A stretch of DNA of 62,418 bases, the filler included, from Barthelona sp. PAP020 (Eukaryota), in assembly GCA_040182905.1 (NCBI GenBank). It is 6 parts of 6 records of this genome, joined end to end, with 100 filler letters (N's around TTAATTAATTAA, not from the genome) between each part and the next. Parts side by side here need not be neighbours in the genome. Positions count along the whole stretch, not along the records: positions 20,937 to 31,369 come from JARQWU010000405.1; positions 31,470 to 41,752 come from JARQWU010000406.1; 4 more parts are not named here. One strand, 5' to 3'. The position numbers and the translations under genes were made by a program. A model generated the notes under the pieces. The model saw only the letters and a program-made list of their open reading frames with translations. It searched no databases and was not told the origin of the DNA. Below, in pieces: positions 24,301 to 33,410 of the stretch. Within the stretch, counting starts at the first letter, position 1; every line of letters begins with the position of its first letter.

Positions 24301-24429
24301 AGAAGAAATTTGATTTGTTGTAAATTTTTAAATGTAGGAATGTCCAATGATATTTTGAAAAATGTTATTGATATTATGAAAAGAAAAGCTGTTATTCAAA
24401 ATTTGGAATTGAAAGCAGAATATATTTGA
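21322..24429 (+). CDS. Large divergent RI-like LRR protein
   Basis: LKEVWLKSNNLDD, INISNNSFT, IDFSRNSID, INLENNFID, LSLNENNLT, LSMRNNAI. ATG at 21322. Confidence 0.75.
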   Translation: MNETVNYVIIRQFLRSYPKHPFSKYINDLSLNEEKFDTLIFENEDIPLLGFLALNEVLKHNDYLKNLILVNVGLNGSMLNRIKDGLMISLSKNLKEVWLKSNNLDDTCIDLIKEIFFNNSNIRYINISNNSFTNQSYIKLLKNLYKNRNLQVIDFSRNSIDTGIYEFTMDIIGKLDMDYALEWINLENNFIDNQHLNSIERLFLKRLTRLNLSKETPLLLSFLKYFEMKKHTFLEPQNEFVLTLNSLTVDEIYLSLQYIKKNKILKVSFNNQDFNYRLFYSLLKCFEANKGKSIDLCMLNCNLDDFCLSTIICLVQNGFIHFNSLQLKNNNFSKCLLEKLPSTILNDIEDFDLIQYSYKSMIKTFKTVSKELCLTFKSDSQFDSTFTPSIDHLKVVQGYLSVNEGNRLCKMMKDILELEHSAKISSLIVVDPKEEDLSVISSFLKVTTYCTGLCLVNCNCALDNLDISDEISQLALINYNFNKIGNFLIFLQSLETKKINFFWISFSARLLLKSSHLLRIYQHLHQYLLPNLKELWVFHANMDNQRNNHQIETVLKNFQSIVCFTPEKSFSNTHNLKEYYWSILTDIYLVLFENDHVTLFIKSLINLSYLKNSKKSKCLRLFSPNCVSIRVLSNYLEYQLKKDHELEEEQEVEERKENKNSFLACFSIEGLNSKDHLFFNLSMLQSSINMLVSTNNTQINTLFISNIDLSIYFPFGILNSNLEALILHNCQLFDENLKNFDMPNIEFLSLNENNLTIETVLLLLNGPFGQSYCKNSRMLSMRNNAICGTIEDLPLQTNVIFDLNGNFSKNSLIQENFVSGNFSNILKKIEFLNFNILNPNIELNSELTIFDILRLISSKPKNLKISTVMNRSTCSLLLGCVNELELENLDFNCSIDDDNLDGVLNFLKLLCKVSTISISSSNISWQNLFQVTQTIITRRDIRKIIFNGTNVSNFDWFSNLIFNDKKNSQRIMFVFKNEPNLTNSHSNVLLKLIRRNLICCKFLNVGMSNDILKNVIDIMKRKAVIQNLELKAEYI

Positions 24430-24507
24430 GACACCATTGATTCAACTTATTTACAACATAAGGGTAAAAGAATTGTTCATAAAAAGCTAAAGCCAGCATT
24501 AATGTAA
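24430..24507 (+). pseudogene. Protein kinase subdomain VIa/VIb remnant, in frame after the LRR stop codon
   Basis: After TGA the same frame reads DTIDSTYLQHKGKRIVHKKLKPALM*, compared with kinase YLH...IVHRDLKPxN. Confidence 0.45.
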
Positions 24508-25437
24508 AAAATATCACGGTTTTCTTTTGGGTTTACAAATTTTGAAGGTTTTGAAAAAAAGAAAAAAAATAAATAAAATAAAATAAACATAAACAATTTT
24601 GTAATCAATAGTTTCTTCTTGTTTTTATTTATTCATTACAGGTATAATATTATTCTTTTGTTCCATATATATATATACATTAAAGTTTCTTTTTGTAAAA
24701 TTTTATTTTTGGCCTTTAAAACTTGTTTACCTTTTCAACAGGTTTAAAGGTCCAAAAATTATTCTTTATTTAAATTTTATGCCAGTATTCACATTAAACG
24801 CCTCTTTTATTAAATTTTCGAGTATAAGAAAAGCGAGCTAAAGTCATGTGCTCTGGTACCTTGCAAATAGAAACAAATATTAAACTCTCCTTCTTTATTA
24901 TTTGAGTTTTGGTAAAAATAAACCGACATAACTTTAATAAATAGTTAAAAATAAATAAGGAGACGCCAGATCAAGGGAAATAAAAAAATCAATATTAAAG
25001 AGACACCACCATTTTTTACTCATTTCATTTTTTTCTAAGACAATTAATTAAGAATTTTATCAAAAATTTTGCAGTTGTTTGAACTGATTTTAAGTGTATT
25101 TGTGTCCAAATTTTAGTTTTTCAGCTAATACTGACAACCCTTCTTTATTAAGTCAAGTATGTGAACAAAAGTTTTTAAGCAAGAAAAAGAAAAAGATATA
25201 ACTCTTAAAAACACCAACTGAAAACTTTAATAAAAATAATTTTTCACTTTTATTAATAATAGTTATGGGTGGGTGAATTTCCTCAAAGTTAGAAGGTCAC
25301 AAAGGAAAATAAATATGGAACTATGTGAAAGAATCAGCTTTGTTTGAAGCAAATTTCCTAGTTGAAAATGAAAAAAAAATAGAAGGTTCAAAAATGAAAT
25401 TATCCACTATATAAGACACAATGAGTGGCTGAACCCA

Positions 25438-25849
25438 CAAAATAAAAATAATTTCCGTTGAAAGAAAAATGAGGGTTGTTCACAAGCCTGTATTTTTGGA
25501 GAATCGAAATTTCTTGATTCTTCCTTTTTCCCTCGAGGTACGGAACTTTTCCTTAGCCTACCCCCAAATTTTTGACCTGCCACGGTGAATGCATGAAAAC
25601 TTGCACAATTAGGATAAATTTTTAAAAAATATCGGAGCTTTAAGCTCTTTTGAGCAATTAATAATGTAATATCCCATAGGGTATAACTCTCCCACGAAAG
25701 CCTTTGAAAGAATAGGTCTCAAATCAGAGAGGTTCCTTTTAGGAACGCTGGACCCCCCGAAAAGAATAAATATTAAGATTTATTATTTATTAGTCAACTG
25801 AGTTTCGCAGTCTCTAATTTGGGTAAGTTTGTGAAAAAGGTTCGTACCT
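25438..25849. mobile_element. Dispersed ~400-bp repeat, copy A (putative non-autonomous element)
   Basis: Colinear with 34547-34945 along its whole length and with 29555-29653 at its right end. Inverted repeat between 25536-25552 and the right terminus. Confidence 0.8.
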
Positions 25850-25917
25850 GAAGAATAATATTGATAATCTCAGTTGAAAGATTTCCAACACCAATTCCAC
25901 ACAATAAATAGGATAAA

Positions 25918-26016
25918 ATGGCTTTAATTCAACACCGTAATCCCTTAATCACCCCAATAGGTTGTATAGCTCATAGTTTAGATGTATTAAAGAAAGAAGA
26001 GTTCAACCAAATCTGA
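25918..26016 (+). pseudogene. hAT-like transposase fragment
   Basis: MALIQHRNPLITPIGCIAHSLDVLKKE resembles the hAT/DUF659 CxxH segment (xxxxPxIxxxxCxAHxLxL). Confidence 0.35.
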
Positions 26017-26169
26017 AAACAAAACAACTACACGCAATGAATGTTTGTCAACATCGTTCATTGACATGAGGTGAATATTTGCAATTTGAATTTTGGAGAA
26101 ATTTTGAAAATTTCTAGTCAATTTTTATTTTCCATTTCCATTTATTTCTTTTTTTTTTGTTAGTTTATT

Positions 26170-27375
26170 ATGTCTGTTGAATTAACTGGTGAAATAGGAA
26201 AAATTATACGTGGTTTATTTCCTCCAAAAATTGATGAAAATAGTGGAGTTGAAATTGCAAATGTGATTTCTAATCATTTGTGGGACAGTAAATACTTGCA
26301 AAATGGTAAACAATTGGTTGTTAGTAATAATAATGCTGTTCATGTCATTGATCTAGCAACTGGATTATTGAATCGTACATTGGAAGAGCATACAAACTAT
26401 GTTTATGAAATTGCCATTTCACCAAATGGGCAGAAGTTGGCAACATGTTCCGTTGATATGTCTATCATTGTATACAGCCTTCCAGATTTCTCCATCTTGT
26501 GTAGATTGAATGGTGGAACTCATATTTATGGAATTTGTTTTTCTTCTTGTTCAAATTATGTATATTATGGTGATCGTAATGGAACTCTTACGAAACGTGA
26601 CACAAATAATGGGAGAATTGTCTTGGAAAAGAGAATTCCGATTGGTTTTATTTGGAGAGTGAAACTATCAATGGATGGTAAATATCTTTTGACTGGAGGT
26701 GATGATGGTATTGCCAAGTTGGTTGACCTAGATGATTTGTCTGTTATTCGTACATTCAATCAAGGTAGCGTAATCAGAGCTATTGATTTCCACCCAACTG
26801 AAAGAATGTTTGCTGTTGGTGACCAATCGAACAAAGTCAAACTCTGGGACATGGACGACGGATCACTCATTCATACATATAATATGGGCGGTCGAGTGTG
26901 GTGTCTTCATTTCTTATCACCCTATATTCTGCTTATTATGTCTGGTAATGGATATATTACTTCATTCTATGTTGAAACCCATCAGCAAATTCAAAAAGTA
27001 CATTGTGTTTGTGTGTCTGGGAATTCTTCCTTTGCCATATCACCTAATAAGAAACAGTTGGCATGTGGAAAATGTGCAGGGAATGTCATCAAAATCTATC
27101 CAATTGTCGTTGACTATGACCCCTCACATGAGGCAGAACTCATTCGATTGTCAAGGGATGGTGGCTATGTGTTGTCGAATCTTATGGCTTTGAATATTGA
27201 TACTCAAGTCATAAGACAATTGGTAGCTGCAGGGATATCCATGAATGAAGAGGAGTATAACATGATTGTTGACACATGTTGGGACTTGATTGACGCCAAT
27301 GAAATGAAGGGTGGAAATATGCACTCATTTTTCAATGAACAAAGTGATTATGAAAGTGATGAAGTTGATGATTGA
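26170..27375 (+). CDS. WD40-repeat protein, lineage-specific family (paralogue of 40316-41509)
   Basis: EEHTNYVYEIAISPNGQKLATCSVD, YLLTGGDDG, VKLWD. Shares the C-terminal IRQL..G..M...CWDL...NE..GGNM..F...ES motif with the 40316 protein. Confidence 0.85.
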   Translation: MSVELTGEIGKIIRGLFPPKIDENSGVEIANVISNHLWDSKYLQNGKQLVVSNNNAVHVIDLATGLLNRTLEEHTNYVYEIAISPNGQKLATCSVDMSIIVYSLPDFSILCRLNGGTHIYGICFSSCSNYVYYGDRNGTLTKRDTNNGRIVLEKRIPIGFIWRVKLSMDGKYLLTGGDDGIAKLVDLDDLSVIRTFNQGSVIRAIDFHPTERMFAVGDQSNKVKLWDMDDGSLIHTYNMGGRVWCLHFLSPYILLIMSGNGYITSFYVETHQQIQKVHCVCVSGNSSFAISPNKKQLACGKCAGNVIKIYPIVVDYDPSHEAELIRLSRDGGYVLSNLMALNIDTQVIRQLVAAGISMNEEEYNMIVDTCWDLIDANEMKGGNMHSFFNEQSDYESDEVDD

Positions 27376-28611
27376 TTAGTTGGAAAAATGATCCAAAACA
27401 TCATTTTGGGGATGCGCTGAGAATTTTCTGTTCTAAAAAATTATTTCTTCACGTGTGGCTCTCTGTGACTTTGCAACAGCATATCAAACTGAAGGTACAA
27501 TGTCCAGTGGTACTATGATACAGGGTACAGCTCTTTACATGGATCCAACCTCTTTAGTAGGCAGAAATGTTGACTTTTCAATGGATATTTATGCTTTAGG
27601 TAAATTACTGATTCGTATGTTTTACCCAACTCTTTTGGAAGAAATCGTTAGCACGATACAAAACTACTTCGAAAATGCAGGTGATAAAACTGATGAACTC
27701 TACGAAATCATTCTTCAATGTATCACTCAGAACATCAAACAACGTGTGAGTTTGAGGCAACTTGAAAAAAAAATTTATGAGTTGTACAAATCTGCTACTC
27801 AGGAAAGACGTTCAATTCACATCGTGGATGTTCTTGAGAGTTTCAACTTTAACCTAGAAGTAGGTGAACCGTTGATTGTTGAACAATGTTTGGATGAACA
27901 ATTCAGCTCCTTTTTTGAACGTTGCTTTACCATTGACAATGTGTCCCACAACATTATGTTCAAACTCAGTGATCTTTCTGAGCCATTGACTCTGCTCTCT
28001 TTCATTGATTGGCTTATTGATAATCCCACTAGTTTCAATTTTATGGGTGAAACAAATGGGGGATCATTCAAACTTGATGATGATTTAGAAGAATCAACCT
28101 TACGTTCATTGAGCTATTTCATTCTTCATTGTCTCATCCATCGGGTCCAAATACCAATCAGTCTTTTTGGACCAACCCCGTTTGGTCTCATTTCAACCAG
28201 CTCTTTGAATATGTTTGATGGTGTTGATCGTGATCTGTGTCTCAAGGTATTCCCATCATTGAGACCCTTTGTATACCAATTTTACTCAACCGACCTTGCA
28301 GAATTTAATTTTAAATCACTTGGGCTCAAACCCAGGTCTGTTAATCGTGAGAACTTTGATGAATTCATAAATCTTTCCATCAAGAAGTATATCTCCAAAT
28401 ATCAATCGATCGCTGAAGCAATGAGAAGTGCTTTTTTGGAATTCTCTGTTTTGGCCACAGATTTAGCAGTATGTAGTTTTCAGGATCTGATGGCTTTATG
28501 TGTGGTGTAAATTGTTTTTGTGTCACTGATTTCTTTTTCATCAGTAGATGGCGATTTCCAAGGTTTTACTTTCTCATTTTTGTAAAGCGTCATAATTCTT
28601 TCATTCGGTAA
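27376..28611 (+). pseudogene. Decayed protein kinase C-lobe fused to a HECT-like domain
   Basis: Kinase parts: LVGKMIQNIILGMR, AENFLF*, VALCDFATA, GTALYMDP, DIYALG. HECT-like part: VNRENFDEFINL...AEAMRSAF...CSFQDLMAL. Removing one TG at 28499-28504 restores LCGVNCFCVTDF (cf. HECT LICG..IDVxDW). No HRD motif and no ATG start. Confidence 0.6.
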
Positions 28612-28755
28612 TGCATTATCTCAAGTACATATATATGGAACTTGAACAAGAGTGAACTGTCTTTTGTTGTGTTTGAAAGAGTACATTGATGTTTGGCTTA
28701 AAAAGAAGATCAAGGGGACTCACAATCTTTATTAATTTTGCAACATTTAGTGTGG

Positions 28756-29516
28756 TTACTTTAAAGGGCAATATCGTTTGAACAGTCTGCCTATTTTGAC
28801 TGCATTCTCGTGGTATTGCTTGTCTTTATCGCAATCCCTTTTTAAAGGTGAAGCATCCGTTGCTACTATTCCCATGATCACTCTTGGTGTAAGATCTCCT
28901 CTGATTTTTTCTTGTAGCAAAATACTTGTCGATTCCCCCTGTGAAATAGGAAGTTCGATGTTCAAGTGTCCATATCTTTCACAGAACACTTCTATAGAGT
29001 CTATGCTTTGCAACTTTATTTTATGTTTTATCAGGTTTGTTTCTTGCAATCCACCCTTTCGGTATCTTTGAAGCACTATTTCCGCTGTTTGCAGTTTTCA
29101 GGTGGGATCTGTTTCCTTTTCTTTTCTCTTTTTTTAAGGAAACAATAATTGCTATTTTCTTTATAAAAAGAGGGTTTTGTATGATATCGGCCATTGAAAA
29201 ATCAAAACCAAAACTGGAGCACATTCTTAAGTTTAAACCTTGAGGTAAGCAGTCCCAAGGTTCAAAATCTAAAAAGCAGTCTGTTTTCTGCTTGATGATC
29301 GGTAACAGAGTCTCGACTTCACCTGGTCTCACATACCGTAGTTGTCTTCATGAAGTTGCCCACCCACAATGAGATTTTAAGGATCAATACTGAGGAATCC
29401 ACGATCAGCATTCTTCTTTTGGTCTCCTAAAAATAAATTCCAGTGAAGAGTTGAACCCACTCTTTGTAAGGGTAAATATTTTTATTAAACAACTCTTGTG
29501 CAATGTTTCTTTTCAT
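28756..29516 (-). pseudogene. Degenerate ORF segments of unknown (possibly mobile-element) origin
   Basis: ATG at 29516 lies just downstream of a PBS-like motif. The reading frames are broken (29021-29332, 28756-29076), and no family motif was recognised. Confidence 0.3.
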
Positions 29517-29530
29517 TGCTGATACCACTC

Positions 29531-29653
29531 TGTAACATGATACCCCTTTAACAAGGCACCCCCGGAAAGAATAAAGATTAAGGTTTATTATTTATTAGTC
29601 AACTGAGATTTCCCAGTCTCTGATTTGGGAAAGTTCTGGAAAAGGTTCGTACA
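29531..29653 (-). mobile_element. Repeat copy B; 123-bp LTR-like unit (TGTA...TACA) followed by PBS-like TGGTATCAGC
   Basis: 29555-29653 matches the right ends of copies A and C. The minus strand reads TGTACGAACC...AATAAA...ATGTTACA-gag-TGGTATCAGC (29527-29518). Confidence 0.6.
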
Positions 29654-30085
29654 AGAAATATTCAATTTTCAGCACTTGCAATACACTGAACAGAATGACC
29701 TTTACATTTTTCAATTTTAAGAGAATTTATTTATCCCCAATTTTCTGTTTGACTGTGCGTTTATTTGGAGTTATCACCAAATGAAATATTTGAAAATTTC
29801 CTTGTCAAAATTAAAAAGAATTCAAATTCAATTAAACATATAAAATGACACAAAATGATTATTTGCAAGTTTTCAAGGCTTTTCATTTGATGATAACGAT
29901 TTGCTTTCTTTCAATTGTGAATGTGTTTCTTCATCAAAACAATACTTTTAAACCTCTTTAGATATGTAATTTAGTAAACGATTAGATGATATTCATAAAC
30001 ATTTGGTATAAAATAGAAAAAATAGATTTTTTTAATCCTATTAATAACTTTATTTGATGCAATAGAAGAGAATTTGTATAATTTG

Positions 30086-31369
30086 ATGTCAAATTTTGAT
30101 TTAAATAACTTTAAAACATATGTTTGTGGACTTTGTCAAAATGTCCCTGTACAACCAAAAACACTTGCGTGTGGGCATACTTTTTGTCGAGATTGTCTAT
30201 CTAAATATTTTAAAATGAATAGTAAATCTTGTCCAACGTGTAATAGAGAATATAGTTCTTCAATCCAATCTGTTGATTATTTATCTTGTGATCCTGAAGT
30301 AACGAAAGCTATTGCACAATATTCTAATATTAATGTAATTAGTTTGGATGAAATTCAACCTCAACAAGAGATTGGTAGAGGTTCATTTGGTATTGTCTAT
30401 AGGGCGTTGTATAATAATGAAATATATGCTTATAAACAGATTTCTGATATAGCTAGACAAGTTCATAACACCTTTTTTGATGAAGTATTTGTTCAATATC
30501 ATCTAAATCATAAAAACGTTGTTAAGTGTTATGGTTTAGTTGAACAAACCATTCAAAATGATAGAAAATTTATTGGTATCATGTTTGAATGTGCTGCTAT
30601 GGATTTAAGACAGTTGCTGGAATCTTCTTATCAATTGTTGAGCATGATGAACAAATTAGAATTGATTCTGGATATAGCCAAAGGTATTGAGTATGTTCAC
30701 GGGTTTGACATTGCCCATTCTGATATTTCGGATTCAAATGTCGTTATTTTTCCGGAATTCGATCAAGCAGGTAATTTTATTGAAGTTCATGGAAAACTTA
30801 CTGATTTTGGTTTGGCACATGCACGTACATCTGAGATTTCTGGGCGTGGTTCTACTTTAAAAGCATTAACCCCATATTGTGCCCCAGAAAGGTATTTTTT
30901 GAACCATTACGATAGAAAGCATTGTGATGTGTTTTCTTTTGGAGTTTTAGCCAACCAAATATTGACTGGACAAATTCCTTTCGAAGACTTAAATATCATT
31001 CAAATTCAAGAAGCATTTAGAAGTTCTATACGTCCATTACAAGCACCAGATGCCCCAGATGGACTGAATTGGGTGATTTCAATGTGTTGGGCTTTGATGC
31101 CATATGAGAGACCAACGATGTCTTCTATCGTTTTACGTTTGGAACAAATTGTGAAGGCATTTCGTGAAACACATGTTTTGCCATTTTTCCAGTTTGATTT
31201 TGGTGATTGGCATGGTGATTATGCTGAATTAGCTCAATTGGGTGGTGGTATGGGTGCTACCTCATCTAATATGTTTGATCATATCACTGGTGATGCAAGA
31301 TATCGAACCATAGTTTCAAGTTCTATTTGTAAAGAATGTTCCTCCTTGATGCAAAATTCTGTCAGTTTA
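30086..31369 (+). CDS. RING finger + TKL-like protein kinase (3' truncated at spacer)
   Basis: C3HC4 RING (CGLC...CGHTFCRDC...CPTC), IGRGSFGIV, YAYK, HSDISDSN, DFG, YCAPE, DVFSFG, CW...P.ERP. Confidence 0.88.
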
Positions 31370-31469
31370 NNNNNNNNNNNNNNNNNNNNNNNNNNNNNNN
31401 NNNNNNNNNNNNNTTAATTAATTAANNNNNNNNNNNNNNNNNNNNNNNNNNNNNNNNNNNNNNNNNNNN
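31370..31469. other. Artificial contig spacer
   Basis: N44-TTAATTAATTAA-N44. Confidence 0.98.
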
Positions 31470-31470
31470 A

Positions 31471-31707
31471 ACCGAAGAGTTGGTGAAAAGACAAGCAATA
31501 ATGATCAGGAATCAAAGAGATTTCATTTTTATTCGTCGATACAGATACATATTTGAAAATGAAAATAAAGTTAGAATGCAAGAATTAGGACCCAGGTTTA
31601 CTTTAAAGTTGCAAAAAATACAATTGGGTTTGTTTGACCCAAACGGTGAGATAGAATGGATGCATAAAGGTGAAAATGCGAAGGTTAGAACCAAATATTT
31701 CTTATGA
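31471..31707 (+). CDS. RPF1: Ribosome production factor 1 (Brix domain), C-terminal fragment
   Basis: NQRDFIFIRRYRYIF...QELGPRFTLKL..IQ.G.FD...EIEW.HK...KYFL*. Confidence 0.88.
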   Translation, partial: TEELVKRQAIMIRNQRDFIFIRRYRYIFENENKVRMQELGPRFTLKLQKIQLGLFDPNGEIEWMHKGENAKVRTKYFL

Positions 31708-31930
31708 TGGCAATTTTACATAAATTTTTTGAATTTTTGAATTATTATATTATGTTGTGGTCCTATTTTTCAAAGATGATTGCAGTCAAAGAAAAAGAAG
31801 AGAAAATTAATATTTTACAAAACATCAAATTCACATCATGAGTTAAAAAAAACTTTAACAACAAACAATGACATCTATTTATGAACTAATAATAGCCAAA
31901 TAACATTAATATACAATTATTTTAATCAAA

Positions 31931-33112
31931 CTAAGTTTCCATATCATCATAGCTTTGAGAAAAGACAATTCTTTCAAAATCATCAACTTCAGCTGTATCT
32001 TCAACAACAAATGGTCTGCTGTCATTCTTTGTTTCAATAGTTTCATATTCGTCTTGTTCCATGTATAAATTGTAAACCACTTCACGAAGGTCTTCCAAAT
32101 CTTCTTTACTTAACCATCCTTCTTTAACAGTAGGTTCTTCCATTAGGGTGTACTTCTGTAACAAATCAGGAATTTGAACAAATGGAATGTCAATAATTTG
32201 CATCAACCTTAACTTAATATTCTTTTTATTGTCAACAACACCTCTAGATGTTCTAATATCTAACACTTGATATTCTGGATTTGGATGTTCATAAGGGTTA
32301 AAGCCAAAGCGACATAAAACTCTTCTGAAAGCCCCTTTATTTATAGAATAACAAACTGCAGGTAAAACTGCCCTGCTCACTTTAACTGAAATTCCTGCTG
32401 TTTCAATTAACTTGTTTCTGGTCCAACAAGGTCTTTCATCAAGAATTTTCAAAACTCTATCACGTTCCTCTAGCATATTGTTCTGTTCAACACGTTTTAT
32501 CGCTTCTTTTGGAGGTTGTTGAGGAACAATTCCGTTTATTAACAGATTATGATTAGCATAAATTGAATGATCGGTGGGGGTTAACAAATGACCATCATTC
32601 ATCAAAACTTTTTTATTCTTTTCTTGTTTAGATACAGGTATATGTGATATGTCTTCTGCTATTGGTTGAGAAGCTCTTGAAAATATTTTGGGAGGCATAA
32701 TCAAAGAAGTAATTTTTGGACTCATTGTAGGTAATGACTCATCAAATGGATTCGTGATCAATTCTTGTGTAATATCATTTTTTTGATAATCATATTGAAA
32801 ATCACATAAATTGTTAAAATTCAGTTTATTCTTAATCTTTCCAACAAATTTTACTTCTTCTTTAGAATTTATTTCAATTAAAAATGAATTAGATTGTTCA
32901 GTATTTGATTGAATAGGTCTGGAAAAAATTTGTGCTTTGGAATGAAAATTAAAACTCAAAGGTCGACTTTCATTTAAATCCGAATTCACTTTGTTTATTC
33001 CTCCTAAATGGCTTAAACATGTATGTTCATCGGGAATTATGGCAGGCAATTCGACATTAATAAATTCTTCGTTTTTTGTTTTTGTTGATAGCGTTATTAT
33101 ATGTTCATTCAT
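31931..33112 (-). CDS. GTF3C5: TFIIIC subunit Tfc1/GTF3C5 (tau95)
   Basis: VELPAII...LGG, F.NLCDFQY, PPKIFS, ERPCWTR, LPAVCY..KGAFRR...RFGFNPY...YQVLDIR. Confidence 0.8.
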   Translation of the reverse strand: MNEHIITLSTKTKNEEFINVELPAIIPDEHTCLSHLGGINKVNSDLNESRPLSFNFHSKAQIFSRPIQSNTEQSNSFLIEINSKEEVKFVGKIKNKLNFNNLCDFQYDYQKNDITQELITNPFDESLPTMSPKITSLIMPPKIFSRASQPIAEDISHIPVSKQEKNKKVLMNDGHLLTPTDHSIYANHNLLINGIVPQQPPKEAIKRVEQNNMLEERDRVLKILDERPCWTRNKLIETAGISVKVSRAVLPAVCYSINKGAFRRVLCRFGFNPYEHPNPEYQVLDIRTSRGVVDNKKNIKLRLMQIIDIPFVQIPDLLQKYTLMEEPTVKEGWLSKEDLEDLREVVYNLYMEQDEYETIETKNDSRPFVVEDTAEVDDFERIVFSQSYDDMET

Positions 33113-33410
33113 AATTATCAGAATTCATAAACCAAAAAAAAAGAAAAAAATCTATTTTATTTTTTCTTTTCAATAATTGAATTGAATGACGTTATGATGA
33201 CATTAAAAATTAAATATCAAAAAAATAAAAACTTTAAAAGTGTTGAAATAAGATGAAATGAAAATTGGAAAAATACCTGCAAAAGTGATGTAATTTTCAG
33301 AAGACAAAAATAAATATTGTTTTGAATGAAAAGAAAAAATAGCTTTTCTTCTCATATTACCGCGATTTAAAGAATTCAACATTTTTTTATTTTTTGTTTA
33401 TTGTTCTTTT

